Assembly (NCBI GenBank): GCA_043798915.1
Contig: JAZDOG010000102.1
Coordinates: forward strand, 1 to 64,000
DNA from: Pseudomonadota bacterium
Lineage (GTDB): Bacteria > UBA10199 > 2-02-FULL-44-16 > JAAZCA01
DNA length: 64,000 nucleotides
Direction of reading: 5' to 3'
Shown here: positions 28,147-46,632 of the stretch, piece by piece
Layout of the letters: each line of letters begins with the position of its first letter
Position numbering within the stretch: the first letter of the stretch is position 1
The notes under the pieces: model-generated
What the model saw: the letters and a program-made list of their open reading frames with translations, nothing else
Told to the model about the DNA's origin: nothing
Databases searched by the model: none
Position numbers and translations under genes: made by a program

Positions 28147-28273
28147 ATTGTTCTCCTGTTCACATCCCCCAAGACTCCATAGGCCAGGCCCTTTTGAAAA
28201 TCAATGCCCGGTTATGATTTCCCCAATAGTATTGTTGATTATCCAGATAAACAGCATTACAATTGCTATTAGT

Positions 28274-28690
28274 ATGAAACACACACGCATCATAGCCGCA
28301 GCTGCAATCCTCATCACCGCCTTTGTGCCGTATGCATCGCTGACGCACGGCGACGCCATGGCCTCCGCAAAGGCGCCCGTCAAAGGCGCCGGATTCGAGG
28401 GATCGGCCGCATGGGCAAAGGCCGATCTGCGCCTGCGCGAGGCATGGCGCGGCGCCTCTGAAAAGGGAAAGGGATCGGAGAGGCTCGAATGCCTGATGAA
28501 GACCCGCATGCCTATCGGCGCGAATGAACGGGCCCTGCTCAAGAGCGCGGGTTTTGTCGTGCACACCGTGATCGTGACCATCGCAACGGGGGATCTCGCC
28601 GCGAAAAACCTCCCCGCCGTGGCTTCGCTGGATTTTGTGGAGTCGATGGAACTGGCGGCGCCGATGTCTATAAAACGGAAGAAGGATTGA
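28274..28690 (+). CDS. Small secreted protein resembling a subtilase-type propeptide domain
   Basis: Signal peptide MKHTRIIAAAAILITAF; GFVVHTVIVTIATGDL...VASLDFVESME. Confidence 0.6.
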   Translation: MKHTRIIAAAAILITAFVPYASLTHGDAMASAKAPVKGAGFEGSAAWAKADLRLREAWRGASEKGKGSERLECLMKTRMPIGANERALLKSAGFVVHTVIVTIATGDLAAKNLPAVASLDFVESMELAAPMSIKRKKD

Positions 28691-28949
28691 CTGCGGCAAC
28701 TGAATCTACGAATACGCTTGCCGCGTCCTTTGTCACTTCCACAAATCCACTGCCCGCATCGTAATCCTCGCGCCTCGGCTTTTTCTCTTTGTCCAGATAT
28801 CGAAAATAGATCCTGCCCGGCTTCAAGCCAGCGATCAGGCGGTCGTGGCCGGGAAGGACCGTGAGCTGGCCCGCCTCACCCGGCAGCGTCACCGAATCGA
28901 CGTCGCGCTCGAGGACAATCTTTGCAGGTGTAAGAATTTTTAGTTTCAT
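28668..28949 (-). CDS. atpC: ATP synthase epsilon subunit (N-terminal domain only)
   Basis: LKILTP, VTLPGEAGQLTVLPGH, GFVEV; last gene of atp operon. Confidence 0.9.
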   Translation of the reverse strand: MKLKILTPAKIVLERDVDSVTLPGEAGQLTVLPGHDRLIAGLKPGRIYFRYLDKEKKPRREDYDAGSGFVEVTKDAASVFVDSVAAVNPSSVL

Positions 28950-28959
28950 CGGCAACTCT

Positions 28960-29060
28960 CCCCCCTCCTTTGTAAGGAGGGGATGGGGGAGGTAGATCAG
29001 AGGTGAATCTGTTTCAAATATCTACCCCACCCTGACCCTCCCCTTACAAAGGGGAGGGGA
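28960..29060. repeat. Palindromic repeat doublet between atpD and atpC
   Basis: Same family as 16642. Confidence 0.92.
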
Positions 29061-29077
29061 TTAAAGCCCCTTGATTT

Positions 29078-30613
<1,536 letters not shown>

Positions 30614-30620
30614 TTAAAAA

Positions 30621-31472
30621 TTATTTCAGCGCCTCGGCCCCACCAACGATATCCATCAGCTCGGAGGTGATGTCCTCCTGGCGGGCGCGGTTGTAGACGA
30701 ACGTCAGGTGGGCGATCATGTCGTCAGCGTTCCGGGTTGCGTTGTCCATCGCGGACATGCGCGCCGCAAGCTCCGCCGCGCGCGACTCGAGGATCGCCTG
30801 CCGCATGCTGGCGGTGATCGCCATGGCGCAGAGTCTATCCAGGGCCGTCTCTCTCGTCGGTTCATAGAGATATTCAAGGTGCCTCTCCTTCGCGTTGCCC
30901 CGCTTGTGGAGGGGCAGGAGGTTCCAGAACGTCAGCTCCTGCCTGCCGGCGCTTGCAAACCTGTTGAACGCCACGTTTCCACCGGCGCTCTCTCCCTTTC
31001 TGTAGCGCTCCATGAGGCGGGCGGCGATCCACGATGCCACGCCAGCGTCGTCGCCTCCCGGCACCGCCTCAACATCGCGGCCGCGGGCGCTTAAGTACCG
31101 CATACCCTTTTTGCCTATGACGTAGAGCCTGGTATCTATGTTGTGGCTCGCGGCGTTTGTCACGGCCTCCTCTATCCTGCGCAGGAGGTTCTCGTTGAAG
31201 CCGCCGCAGAGACCGCGGTCAGAAGTCACGACGGCCAGATCGACGCAGTTCAAATCCTTGGGCCTCTGCCACATGAGAGGGGCCCGGGGCCCAAGCCGCC
31301 TCGAGACGAGCATAGCAGTATCGATTATTCCGGAGGAGTAGCTGCGCGCGTCGAAGGCGGTCTGCTGCGCGCGCTTGAGCCTCGCCGCGGCGACAAGCTT
31401 CATCGCGCGCGTCATCTTCTGCGTGCTCTTCACCGCCTGAATCCGCCTTTTGATGTCCTTGAGCGCAGCCAT
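30621..31472 (-). CDS. atpG: ATP synthase gamma subunit
   Basis: IKRRI...KMTRAMKLVAAA, SDRGLCGGFN, ARMSAMDNAT, NRARQEDITSE. Confidence 0.97.
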   Translation of the reverse strand: MAALKDIKRRIQAVKSTQKMTRAMKLVAAARLKRAQQTAFDARSYSSGIIDTAMLVSRRLGPRAPLMWQRPKDLNCVDLAVVTSDRGLCGGFNENLLRRIEEAVTNAASHNIDTRLYVIGKKGMRYLSARGRDVEAVPGGDDAGVASWIAARLMERYRKGESAGGNVAFNRFASAGRQELTFWNLLPLHKRGNAKERHLEYLYEPTRETALDRLCAMAITASMRQAILESRAAELAARMSAMDNATRNADDMIAHLTFVYNRARQEDITSELMDIVGGAEALK

Positions 31473-32998
<1,526 letters not shown>

Positions 32999-33002
<4 letters not shown>

Positions 33003-33538
33003 GTCAAACTCTCCTTCATTCGTTCCAATTTGCCCCTGATGCTCGCATCGTAGCGCATGTCCCCGAGCCAGACTTCGATGCCGCCGAGGAGCGATGCATC
33101 CACGCTGACATCGCATCTGCTCGCAAGCTTCAGGACATCGCTCAATATCTCCTCGATCCGCCCTTTCACCTCGGCCGCGAGACCGCCGTCGGCCACGTGT
33201 GCGCGCGCCACCGCGAGGCGCTCGTGGCGCTCAACCCTTGCGGCAAAATCCTCCGAGACGAGTTCGAGAATATTGAGGCGGCCCCTTTCAATCAGGAGTT
33301 TCAAGAGATTTTTCGCCATTTTCCCGACCCCGAGCGCGTCTGCTGCGTCGCCTGCAGCAGCAAGCCGCCTCTTGAGATCGACGCGCTCGTCCGAAAGACC
33401 CTTGATGAAATGCGGCACGTCGTTCGCACATTCGCCGATGCGCTGCACGTCTGCGAGCAGACGCTTCGCGTCTCCGGACTCCAATGCGAGGTCGAAGATC
33501 GCCTTGCCATAGCGCTTTGCGATTGCGCTCTCCCTCAT
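32999..33538 (-). CDS. atpH: ATP synthase delta subunit
   Basis: [27 protein letters not shown]; operon position. Confidence 0.93.
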
Positions 33539-34056
33539 CAGCGTCCCCCCGATTGCAGGCCGGCGAGCGAGCCCGGAAGGATTGTCGAAAATTCACCGAG
33601 CCCTTTGCGGACCGCCGCCTTCTTCATCTCTGCCGACATCTCCTCTTTGAGGATTGATTCGGCCCGAACGAACGCCCCTTCCACTATCCTCCGCTTGAAA
33701 TCCGCGATGGCAGCGATGATCTCCCCTTCCCCCTGCCTCTCTGCGTTCTCCCTGATGCGTTCCGCCCGCCTCTGCGCCTCTTCCAGCGCCGCCTTGCTTT
33801 CCTCCTCTGCGAAACGCGCGATCAACTGCTTTCGCGCCGCGAGGTCGTCCGGGAGGCGGGAAGCGAGGCGCGAACTCTCTGCCGCGCGAGCCTTCGCCGC
33901 CTTGATCAGCTCCGCTGCGTCGCCGATCTCCTTTTTGATTTTAGCGCGGCGCGCATAGAAGAAATGGCGCCCCACGCGATGCCAGCTGCGCAGTATCAGG
34001 CCGATGAGAAGCCCCAGATTGCCGAGGCCGAACAGGAATATTTTGAATTCGCTCAT
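33538..34056 (-). CDS. atpF: ATP synthase b subunit
   Basis: N-terminal TM helix plus Ala/Glu/Arg coiled coil; position. Confidence 0.8.
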   Translation of the reverse strand: MSEFKIFLFGLGNLGLLIGLILRSWHRVGRHFFYARRAKIKKEIGDAAELIKAAKARAAESSRLASRLPDDLAARKQLIARFAEEESKAALEEAQRRAERIRENAERQGEGEIIAAIADFKRRIVEGAFVRAESILKEEMSAEMKKAAVRKGLGEFSTILPGSLAGLQSGGR

Positions 34057-34066
34057 CGGGCCGCCT

Positions 34067-34513
34067 TTATGATTCGGACGTAATGCGGGAGACTATCTCC
34101 CTTGCCAGTTCGCTCGACCGCTTCCCCACCTCTGCGGCGATCGATTCCTCCGACGGCTTCCCTGCGCGGGACATGCCTGCGATGTTCTTGGCCTCGGCGC
34201 GCGCCTCGGCGACGATCTTCCCCGCGGCAATCCTCGCCTCGGCAAGTTTCGTCGTCCGCTCTGCGTTGGCATCCGCGAGCGCCTTCGACACCGCAGCCAC
34301 CCTTTCCGCTTCGAGGGCAGCGGACTCTGCGGCCAACAGCGAAGCATCCTCGCGCGCCCCGCTGGTGAGCTTTTTCCTTTGATCGATTATGCGGAGCACG
34401 GGCCTCAAGACAAAAAAGTGGATCGCAGCGGCCGCCGAAAAAAAAACGCACAGCTGGACGGCGACAGTCCAGTCCGGCATGAGGTGTATCTCTGCACCCA
34501 AAACGGCGAGCAT
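34067..34513 (-). CDS. ATP synthase b' subunit
   Basis: PDWTVAVQL..F...LRPVLRIIDQR plus coiled coil. Confidence 0.82.
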   Translation of the reverse strand: MLAVLGAEIHLMPDWTVAVQLCVFFSAAAAIHFFVLRPVLRIIDQRKKLTSGAREDASLLAAESAALEAERVAAVSKALADANAERTTKLAEARIAAGKIVAEARAEAKNIAGMSRAGKPSEESIAAEVGKRSSELAREIVSRITSES

Positions 34514-34542
34514 TTATTTGATTTCCCCCGAGATAGGCTTGT

Positions 34543-34965
34543 TCACATCATGAGCGAGTCTTCGCCCTCTTCGGCTATTCCAGAGCTCTTGTGCGCAGTT
34601 GTTTGAGCGACCCCTGAGGGAAGCGGCTCCTCCATCATCTGGCACTGTCCCTGAAAGATGGACCCCTCTTCGATCATGAGCGAGGGCGCGACGATGTTCG
34701 CTGAGACGCGGCAACCCCTGCGGAGTTCCACCTTGCGCTTGGCTTCGATGAGCCCCTGCAAGGTGCCCTCCACGATGATCGTGTCCACCTGGACCTTGGC
34801 GTTCACCTGCGCCTCCGCCCCCACGACGAGCGTACCGTCCGAGAGGATCTCCCCCCTGAAGTCGCCGTTGATCTGCACGGTGCCGTCGAACATGAGCTTT
34901 CCCTCGAAGCTGCAACCGCGATCGAGCAAGCCATTCAGCTGAGATTCATCCTTGTTGCGTCCCAT
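34543..34965 (-). CDS. Bactofilin (polymer-forming cytoskeletal protein)
   Basis: GCSFEGKL.FDG.VQING.FRGEI...IEEGSIFQGQC; GGAGG RBS. Confidence 0.92.
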   Translation of the reverse strand: MGRNKDESQLNGLLDRGCSFEGKLMFDGTVQINGDFRGEILSDGTLVVGAEAQVNAKVQVDTIIVEGTLQGLIEAKRKVELRRGCRVSANIVAPSLMIEEGSIFQGQCQMMEEPLPSGVAQTTAHKSSGIAEEGEDSLMM

Positions 34966-34992
34966 TGTGTGCCTCCATTGTGGTTTCACAAT

Positions 34993-35087
34993 CCCCTCTC
35001 CTTTGTAAGGAGGGGCTGGGGGAGGTAGATATCGCATCTCTGGAAGGTCTACCCCACCCTGACCCTCCCCTTACAAAGGGGAGGGGA
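34993..35087. repeat. Palindromic repeat doublet between parB and bactofilin
   Basis: Same family as 16642. Confidence 0.92.
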
Positions 35088-35091
35088 AATG

Positions 35092-35952
35092 CTAATGGTT
35101 TATGATCCTTTTGTATATCCTGTCCAAGTCCTGTGCCGAATAATATTCTATGATGAGCTTCCCTCCGTTCCCTTTGGGGAGAAGCGAGACCTTGGTGCCG
35201 AGCGAACTCTTCATCGTATCGAGAAGCTCGTTTGTCTGGGCGCTTATCTCTGAGCGCTTGCGGAAGGCTCTTCTACCACCGCTCTGATATGACTGCACCA
35301 TTTTTTCAACATCGCGCACCGTCGGCACTTCGCGCAGGATACGCTCGCGCAGTTTGAGCTGTTCGTGTATTCCCTCCACAGCGAGTATCGCCCTCGCATG
35401 CCCCGCCGTATATCTTCCGCTTGCCACATCATCTTGAATCACGCGCGGCAGCGCGAGGAGGCGCAAGCTGTTTGCCACGGCAACCCTCGACTTCCCCACT
35501 TTTTTCGCGACGTCATCCTGCGTGTAGCCGAACTGCTGCGTGAGTTCCAGATACGCGCGCGATTCTTCGATCGGATTGAGATCCTCACGCTGGACGTTCT
35601 CCATGATGGAGAGGGCGAGAAGCCCCTCGTCATCCACCTTCCTGATGACGACAGGGACATCGCTCAGACCCGCCAGGCGAGACGCCCTGAAGCGCCGCTC
35701 TCCTGCGATAAGTTCGTAGCGGCCGCCTTCGATAGGAGAGACTGCAAGCGGCTGGAGCACCCCCTGCTCCCGGATGGAGTCGGCCAACTCCCTGATCTTT
35801 TCCTCGTCGAAGACGGAGCGCGGCTGGAGCCGATTGGGCACGATCGAGTCGATCGATATCATTCTAAGGCCATCTCCCTCCGTCTGCCCTTGAACCATGG
35901 GCGGAGGTATGAGCGATTCGAGCCCTCTTCCCAGACCTCGTTTGAGCTGCAT
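35092..35952 (-). CDS. parB: Chromosome partitioning protein ParB
   Basis: LGRGLESLI, QPR, GERRFRA, ENVQREDLNPIE, HTH. Confidence 0.97.
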   Translation of the reverse strand: MQLKRGLGRGLESLIPPPMVQGQTEGDGLRMISIDSIVPNRLQPRSVFDEEKIRELADSIREQGVLQPLAVSPIEGGRYELIAGERRFRASRLAGLSDVPVVIRKVDDEGLLALSIMENVQREDLNPIEESRAYLELTQQFGYTQDDVAKKVGKSRVAVANSLRLLALPRVIQDDVASGRYTAGHARAILAVEGIHEQLKLRERILREVPTVRDVEKMVQSYQSGGRRAFRKRSEISAQTNELLDTMKSSLGTKVSLLPKGNGGKLIIEYYSAQDLDRIYKRIINH

Positions 35953-35989
35953 CAATTCCTCCGCATTACAAATAAGTTATACATATCAA

Positions 35990-36796
35990 CTAGTTATTAT
36001 CGAAAACTCGTGGAGACTCGGTTGCAACAGAAGAAACAGCCGTTCCCAGGACCTCTCGCGCGAGGTCGAAATAGCTGGTCGCGCCCTTCGAACTGACGTC
36101 GTATAAAAGAATCGGTTTGCCATGGCTCGGGGCTTCGCTGAGCCTCACATTTCGGGGTATCACGACATGAAAGACCGACTCCTTGAAATGGCCGCGGATC
36201 TCCTGTTGGACCTGGTGTGAAAGATTGTTTCTCGCATCAAACATCGTGAGCACGATACCCCTGATCCTCAATTTTGGATTGATTCTTCCCTTTACGAGCG
36301 AAATCGTCCGCTGAAGATCGGCTATCCCCTCCATGGCATAGTATTCACACTGCACAGGGATAAGCACCGACTCGGCTGCGGCGAGGGCGTTGAGCGTCAC
36401 GAGACCGAGCGAGGGGGGACAGTCCATTATCACAAAATCGTAATCATCCCTTATCGCGTCGATGTGAAAACGGAGACGTGTTTCACGTGAAACAACTCCG
36501 ACGAGCTCTATCTCGGCACCGACCAGCGACGGGTTCGATGGCACCATCTTGAGATGGGTGAGATCTGTAGGCTGAACTATGGATGCGATATCGACGCCGT
36601 CGACCAGCACATTATATATGCTCTGGCTGATATGATGCTTGTCGAGGCCCATCCCGGTGGTGGCATTTCCTTGTGCGTCGAGATCTATGAGGAGGGTCCG
36701 CTTTTCAGCGGCTGCAAGCGCAGCGGAAAGATTGATGGCGGTCGTCGTCTTGCCCACACCGCCCTTTTGATTGCATATGGCTATGACTTCTGCCAT
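35990..36796 (-). CDS. parA: Chromosome partitioning ATPase ParA/Soj
   Basis: NQKGGVGKTTT, DCPPSLG, PVQCEYYA, IPRNVRLSEAPS. Confidence 0.98.
   Translation of the reverse strand: MAEVIAICNQKGGVGKTTTAINLSAALAAAEKRTLLIDLDAQGNATTGMGLDKHHISQSIYNVLVDGVDIASIVQPTDLTHLKMVPSNPSLVGAEIELVGVVSRETRLRFHIDAIRDDYDFVIMDCPPSLGLVTLNALAAAESVLIPVQCEYYAMEGIADLQRTISLVKGRINPKLRIRGIVLTMFDARNNLSHQVQQEIRGHFKESVFHVVIPRNVRLSEAPSHGKPILLYDVSSKGATSYFDLAREVLGTAVSSVATESPRVFDNN
36479..36494. promoter_or_regulatory. parS site inside parA
   Basis: Perfect TGTTTCACGTGAAACA. Confidence 0.92.
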
Positions 36797-36853
36797 CGGA
36801 CCCCCACGTTGAATCTTTTCTAGGTTGTTTTATCTGAAAGTGCAATGGAAAAT

Positions 36854-36869
36854 TGTTTCACGTGAAACA
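36854..36869. promoter_or_regulatory. parS site upstream of parA
   Basis: Perfect TGTTTCACGTGAAACA, extended to a 22-bp palindrome 36851-36872. Confidence 0.95.
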
Positions 36870-36930
36870 ATTGCCATAAAACTATATTAAATTAGTTATT
36901 TAACCAATAATATCAACGAGTTAGCTTTGG

Positions 36931-37032
36931 TGTCATTGCGAGGAGCGAAGCGACGTGGCAATCCCGTGCTAACCACTGTTTTAAGGGGATCGCCACGTCG
37001 CTCCAAGTCTATCAAGGGCTCCTCGCGATGAC
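36931..37032. repeat. GTCATTGCGAG-type palindromic repeat doublet (second family)
   Basis: TGTCATTGCGAGGAGC..GCGACGTGGCAATCCC / GGGATCGCCACGTCGC..GCTCCTCGCGATGACA; half copy at 62363. Confidence 0.85.
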
Positions 37033-37130
37033 AGCCCGGCTCGAGAACAATCTTCATTTGAGCACAAAAAAACACAACTCACCCCTTGACTATGGGGAGA
37101 CAGGTATTATATGAAGACCAACTGAAGCCG

Positions 37131-37157
37131 TTAGCACTCAACTGCAACAAGTGCCAA
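37131..37157 (+). promoter_or_regulatory. CIRCE element (HrcA operator)
   Basis: TTAGCACTC-N9-AAGTGCCAA, two mismatches to consensus, upstream of groES. Confidence 0.88.
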
Positions 37158-37209
37158 CAATAAAAATCGATTAGTTGTTAATAACTTAACAACCACAAGG
37201 AGGAAGGGT

Positions 37210-37509
37210 ATGGCAACATCAAAGATCAGACCGCTGCAGGACCGCATCCTGGTCAAACGCCTCAATGAAGAGGAGAAGACCAAGGGCGGAATCATCATCC
37301 CCGACTCGGCGAAAGAAAAACCGCAGGAGGGCGAGGTCATCGCCGTGGGCAACGGCAAGGTGCTCGAGAATGGCACAAAGGTTCAGCTCGACGTGAAGAT
37401 CGGAGATCGCATCCTGTTCTCAAAATATTCCGGCTCAGAAGTGAAGATCGACGGCAACGAGTACACGATCATGCGCGAAGACGACGTCCTCGGCATCCTC
37501 ACGAATTGA
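37210..37509 (+). CDS. groES: Co-chaperonin GroES
   Basis: [22 protein letters not shown]. Confidence 0.98.
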   Translation: MATSKIRPLQDRILVKRLNEEEKTKGGIIIPDSAKEKPQEGEVIAVGNGKVLENGTKVQLDVKIGDRILFSKYSGSEVKIDGNEYTIMREDDVLGILTN

Positions 37510-37544
37510 TCAGCAGACAAAAAATTAAACTGGTGCACAAATAA

Positions 37545-39200
<1,656 letters not shown>

Positions 39201-39235
39201 TTGGAGCGGCTTAAGCTTTATTCTGAGAAATACAG

Positions 39236-39269
39236 GGCGGCATCCTCAAATTGGATGCCGCCTTTTTTT
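39236..39269 (+). terminator. Intrinsic terminator of groESL
   Basis: GGCGGCATCC-N7-GGATGCCGCC-T7. Confidence 0.9.
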
Positions 39270-39380
39270 GTTCGATGGCTCTTCTTGACGTCAATAAAAT
39301 CAACGTGTTACTATGCCGCGTTCAGTTGCTGGCTGGCTCTCATCGCAAGGAGCTTTAGCGGCGTGACAATCCTTTTGAAA

Positions 39381-41072
39381 ATGATATCGCGAGCGGCCCT
39401 TGCGGGCATCGTCTTTGTTTCGCTCGCTGCATCCGCATCCGCATCCGATTTCTCCCTGCATGGTTATTACAGGAACCGCGTCGTAGCCAACGACAACCTG
39501 GATCTGCAGAACAAAAATTCAGGCATTGCACACAGCAACGATCGCTTCGGCTTCATACAATATAACCAGATGCGGCTTCGGCTCGAGCCCAGCTTCAAGC
39601 TGAACGACAACCTCTCCCTCCATGCCCAGTTCGACGTCCTCGACAACATCGTCTTCGGAACGAAGGACACCCGCCAGCTGCAGATCACCGCTCCAATCGT
39701 CGGGAACCAGACTCTGCCCGCCGGCGGGGGATCGTTCTACATGACAGGCCCCTCCACGATGGGCGAAAACGGCGCGATCAACGTGCGCCGCATCTGGGCG
39801 GACATACTGACGCCCGTCGGAAAGTTCCGCATCGGTCGGCAGCCGTCGCACTGGGGGCTCGGCATATTCCAGAACGACGGAAACGAGCTGCAGGGCGATT
39901 TCGGCGACACGGCAGACCGCATACTCTACCTCCTGCAGTACGATATACCCGACGCGGGCTCGTTAACAGGCGGGCTCTTCTGGGATATCGCCTATTCGGC
40001 GCAGTGGGATCCGCGCACCGACACGAGGATGACCTCCGTCGCCATGCCTTCGCACAACAGGGATACGCAGCAGTTCGGCGGCCTGTTTTTGTTCGACCGG
40101 CCGGAGGTCTCCGCGGGGCTCTTTGGGGGCATGCGCTACAGAAACGGGCCCGATGGAGCGACGACGATGACGGCAACGGATGCGCTTGGCACTCCCACCG
40201 CTGCCGGAATCGACGGCGACACGCTTCTCTACTTCATAGATCTCTATGGTCGCTACGCGTTGGAAAACTACACGTTCAAGCTCGAGGGCGTCTTCGTCGG
40301 CGGGAAGGTGACGACCGGCCTTGCGCTCAATGCCATACCGTTTGCGGGCCTCGGGGCAGGGCAGGGTATCATACAGCTGCCGCCTAAGCAGGACATGCGG
40401 GTCTTCAATGCCGCATTTGAGGTAGAGGGGCACTACAAGTTCGGCGGGGCATGGAAATTCCAGACTGGATATGCGGAGGGAGACGGTTCGCCGCTGTCTC
40501 AACGGGTCACACAGCTGGGATTCAGGCCCGACTACCAGATCGCCCTCATCATGTTCGACATGCCGCTCGGCACCTCCCCGGCCCTCTATGGCGCCAAGGC
40601 AGGCGGCGGCGCGGCAACCCAGTTCCTGGCCGGCAACCAGCAGATCACCGGCAACTTCATAAACAACGCGTTCTACGTCTCTGCCGGCTACAAACACACC
40701 TTCAACTTCAAGGGCAATGACTGGGTCGACTGGTTGAAGGTAGGTGGGAAGGTAACAACTGCCTGGGCGCCCCAGAAGAACACAAACATAAACTTTCAGG
40801 ATCTCATCGCCCAGACCGGCAACTGGCCAGCCATCTCCGATACCGCCAACTCCATGTTCAAGCGCTGGTACGGACTCGAGGTCGACGTCGCGGCTGAGGC
40901 CATGCTGTGGCAGCACTTCTATGCCGCGCTTGAGGGCGGCCTCCTGATGCCCGGCAGGGCCTACGACATCAATGTCAATCTCTTCAACCCTGGCTCAATC
41001 GTGGATCCAATCCCCAATGACAAAGCTGAGTTGACGTGGATGATAAGGCTCTCGGCGATCATGGAATTCTAG
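39381..41072 (+). CDS. Outer-membrane beta-barrel protein (start may be GTG 39363)
   Basis: Signal peptide ASA, HGYYRNR, QFDVLDN, GRQPSHWGLGI..NDG, C-terminal MEF. Confidence 0.8.
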   Translation: MISRAALAGIVFVSLAASASASDFSLHGYYRNRVVANDNLDLQNKNSGIAHSNDRFGFIQYNQMRLRLEPSFKLNDNLSLHAQFDVLDNIVFGTKDTRQLQITAPIVGNQTLPAGGGSFYMTGPSTMGENGAINVRRIWADILTPVGKFRIGRQPSHWGLGIFQNDGNELQGDFGDTADRILYLLQYDIPDAGSLTGGLFWDIAYSAQWDPRTDTRMTSVAMPSHNRDTQQFGGLFLFDRPEVSAGLFGGMRYRNGPDGATTMTATDALGTPTAAGIDGDTLLYFIDLYGRYALENYTFKLEGVFVGGKVTTGLALNAIPFAGLGAGQGIIQLPPKQDMRVFNAAFEVEGHYKFGGAWKFQTGYAEGDGSPLSQRVTQLGFRPDYQIALIMFDMPLGTSPALYGAKAGGGAATQFLAGNQQITGNFINNAFYVSAGYKHTFNFKGNDWVDWLKVGGKVTTAWAPQKNTNINFQDLIAQTGNWPAISDTANSMFKRWYGLEVDVAAEAMLWQHFYAALEGGLLMPGRAYDINVNLFNPGSIVDPIPNDKAELTWMIRLSAIMEF

Positions 41073-41104
41073 CAAGCCGTTCACAAATCTGCCAGAAGCT
41101 AAGA

Positions 41105-41449
41105 TTATTTCACAACAATTGTCTGCGTGGATAACCCGCTATCGTTGCAGGTTGCGATGATACGAAACGTGTCGCCGGAACCGGCCGGGATGGCAAACGG
41201 CGACATCGCCTGATTGCGGTGGCTCGTCTGAAAATCGAAATCCCGTCTTGCAACCTCCGTCCCGTTTTTGAAGATCACGACTTCCTTGATAAAATGCCCG
41301 TTGCGGTCCGCCGCATGGTGCTGCACGGTGACGTGCAGCTTCTGATGCTCCAAATCATAGCTGGCGTGAATCGCATTGGGGGCATTAGCCATCAGGACGC
41401 CTGAAACCAGCATCCCTGCCACAAGCACGATGTAGAAGATTATCTTCAT
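41105..41449 (-). CDS. Small secreted protein, His-containing beta-sandwich (desulfoferrodoxin-like, tentative)
   Basis: Signal peptide; HVTVQHH...HFIKEV...ATCN. Confidence 0.6.
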   Translation of the reverse strand: MKIIFYIVLVAGMLVSGVLMANAPNAIHASYDLEHQKLHVTVQHHAADRNGHFIKEVVIFKNGTEVARRDFDFQTSHRNQAMSPFAIPAGSGDTFRIIATCNDSGLSTQTIVVK

Positions 41450-41470
41450 CATTCTTATGAATGGAGCCAG

Positions 41471-41544
41471 CGCGCCCGGCAGGATTCGAACCTGCGACCC
41501 TCTGATCCGTAGTCAGATACTCTAATCCGCTGAGCTACGGGCGC
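41471..41544 (-). tRNA. tRNA-Arg(ACG)
   Basis: GCGCCCGTAGCTCAGCGGATTAGAG..CTGACT-ACG-GATCAG..GGTTCGAATCC; CCA not encoded. Confidence 0.95.
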
Positions 41545-41619
41545 GCTGACTCCACCACACATCTCTGTAAACTCGGCCCGGCAGGGTAAACCAGCCGGCC
41601 TCAACCTGTCAAGCGCGCC

Positions 41620-45706
<4,087 letters not shown>

Positions 45707-45920
45707 CCACCGGCTTCGCATTTTGGTGTCCGCTATGAGCCCCAAGCCAAGGCGAATTTCGATGACCTGACGCCGGAGGATAAATATCGCGTCCTTGAGG
45801 CGCTCCGGGAGGATCCCTTCAAGAGCCGCCAGTTTCTGGCAAAGCTCCTCCCAACTCCGTTTCATCTATTCAACATCGCCCCCCTTGAAATGAAGCCTCA
45901 TTCATGATAGTAAGTGCTCA

Positions 45921-46328
45921 ATGGTTGAATCGAAAAATATCGTGCTCCAGTGGATGGAGCGGGCCGATTACGATTTGAGTGCAGCGGCAGCGATGAGAAA
46001 AAGCGGCCACTTGCTTTATGTCGCCTTCATGTGTCAGCAAGCAGTGGAAAAAACGCTCAAGGCAACGTGGTGCCGCCGGCGCGACGATTCTCCTCCTTTC
46101 ACACACAATCTGGCCACGCTGGCGGAGTCTCTTGGTCTGGACATATCTGAAAAACAAAAGATACTTCTCGATAGGCTTGGCCGGCACTATATTGTCGGCC
46201 GGTACCCCACCTTCAAACAGAAGCTGGCGTCGGCTCTGAACAAAGAAGATGTGTCTGATATGCTCAAACAGACGGAGGATTTTGTAAAATGGTGCAGGAA
46301 ATCTATCCCAACGTTGAAGAAGTCGTAA
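45921..46328 (+). CDS. HEPN-domain protein
   Basis: W...ADYDL, F.CQQAVEK.LKA, THNL, RYP. Confidence 0.88.
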   Translation: MVESKNIVLQWMERADYDLSAAAAMRKSGHLLYVAFMCQQAVEKTLKATWCRRRDDSPPFTHNLATLAESLGLDISEKQKILLDRLGRHYIVGRYPTFKQKLASALNKEDVSDMLKQTEDFVKWCRKSIPTLKKS

Positions 46329-46624
46329 ATGCCTTCATAGCCGAGCTGAAAAAACGCGTGCATGTGCGAAGGGTGATTCTCTTTGGTTCCTATGCGCGCG
46401 GGACTCCAAGGCCGTGGAGCGATATCGACCTGGCCGTCATTTCATCAGATTTTCATGGCGGGACAGAAGGGGATCATCTCCTATTGGCCGAGGTGGCACG
46501 CAGAATAACACCTCAGATAGAAGCCATCCCTTATCTGCCCGAGGATTTTGCCGGGTGCGACTCGAGGAGCTTCGAGGCTGATATCCTTCGAAACGGGAGG
46601 GTCATGTTCGACGAAGCGGCCTGA
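46289..46624 (+). CDS. Minimal nucleotidyltransferase (MNT)
   Basis: ILFGSYARG...SDIDL; overlaps HEPN gene. Confidence 0.9.
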   Translation: MVQEIYPNVEEVVNAFIAELKKRVHVRRVILFGSYARGTPRPWSDIDLAVISSDFHGGTEGDHLLLAEVARRITPQIEAIPYLPEDFAGCDSRSFEADILRNGRVMFDEAA

Positions 46625-46632
46625 CTCAGCAT

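Noticed and set aside
36797..37209. oriC in the AT-rich parA-groES gap
   Set aside because: No cluster of DnaA boxes seen; explained by parS, a repeat and CIRCE
45707..45907. Open frame after the gyrB stop reading VRYEPQAKANFDDLTPEDKYRVLEALREDPF, faintly RelE-like
   Set aside because: No usable start codon, short, weak similarity; GyrB ends canonically at NLDI so readthrough is unsupported
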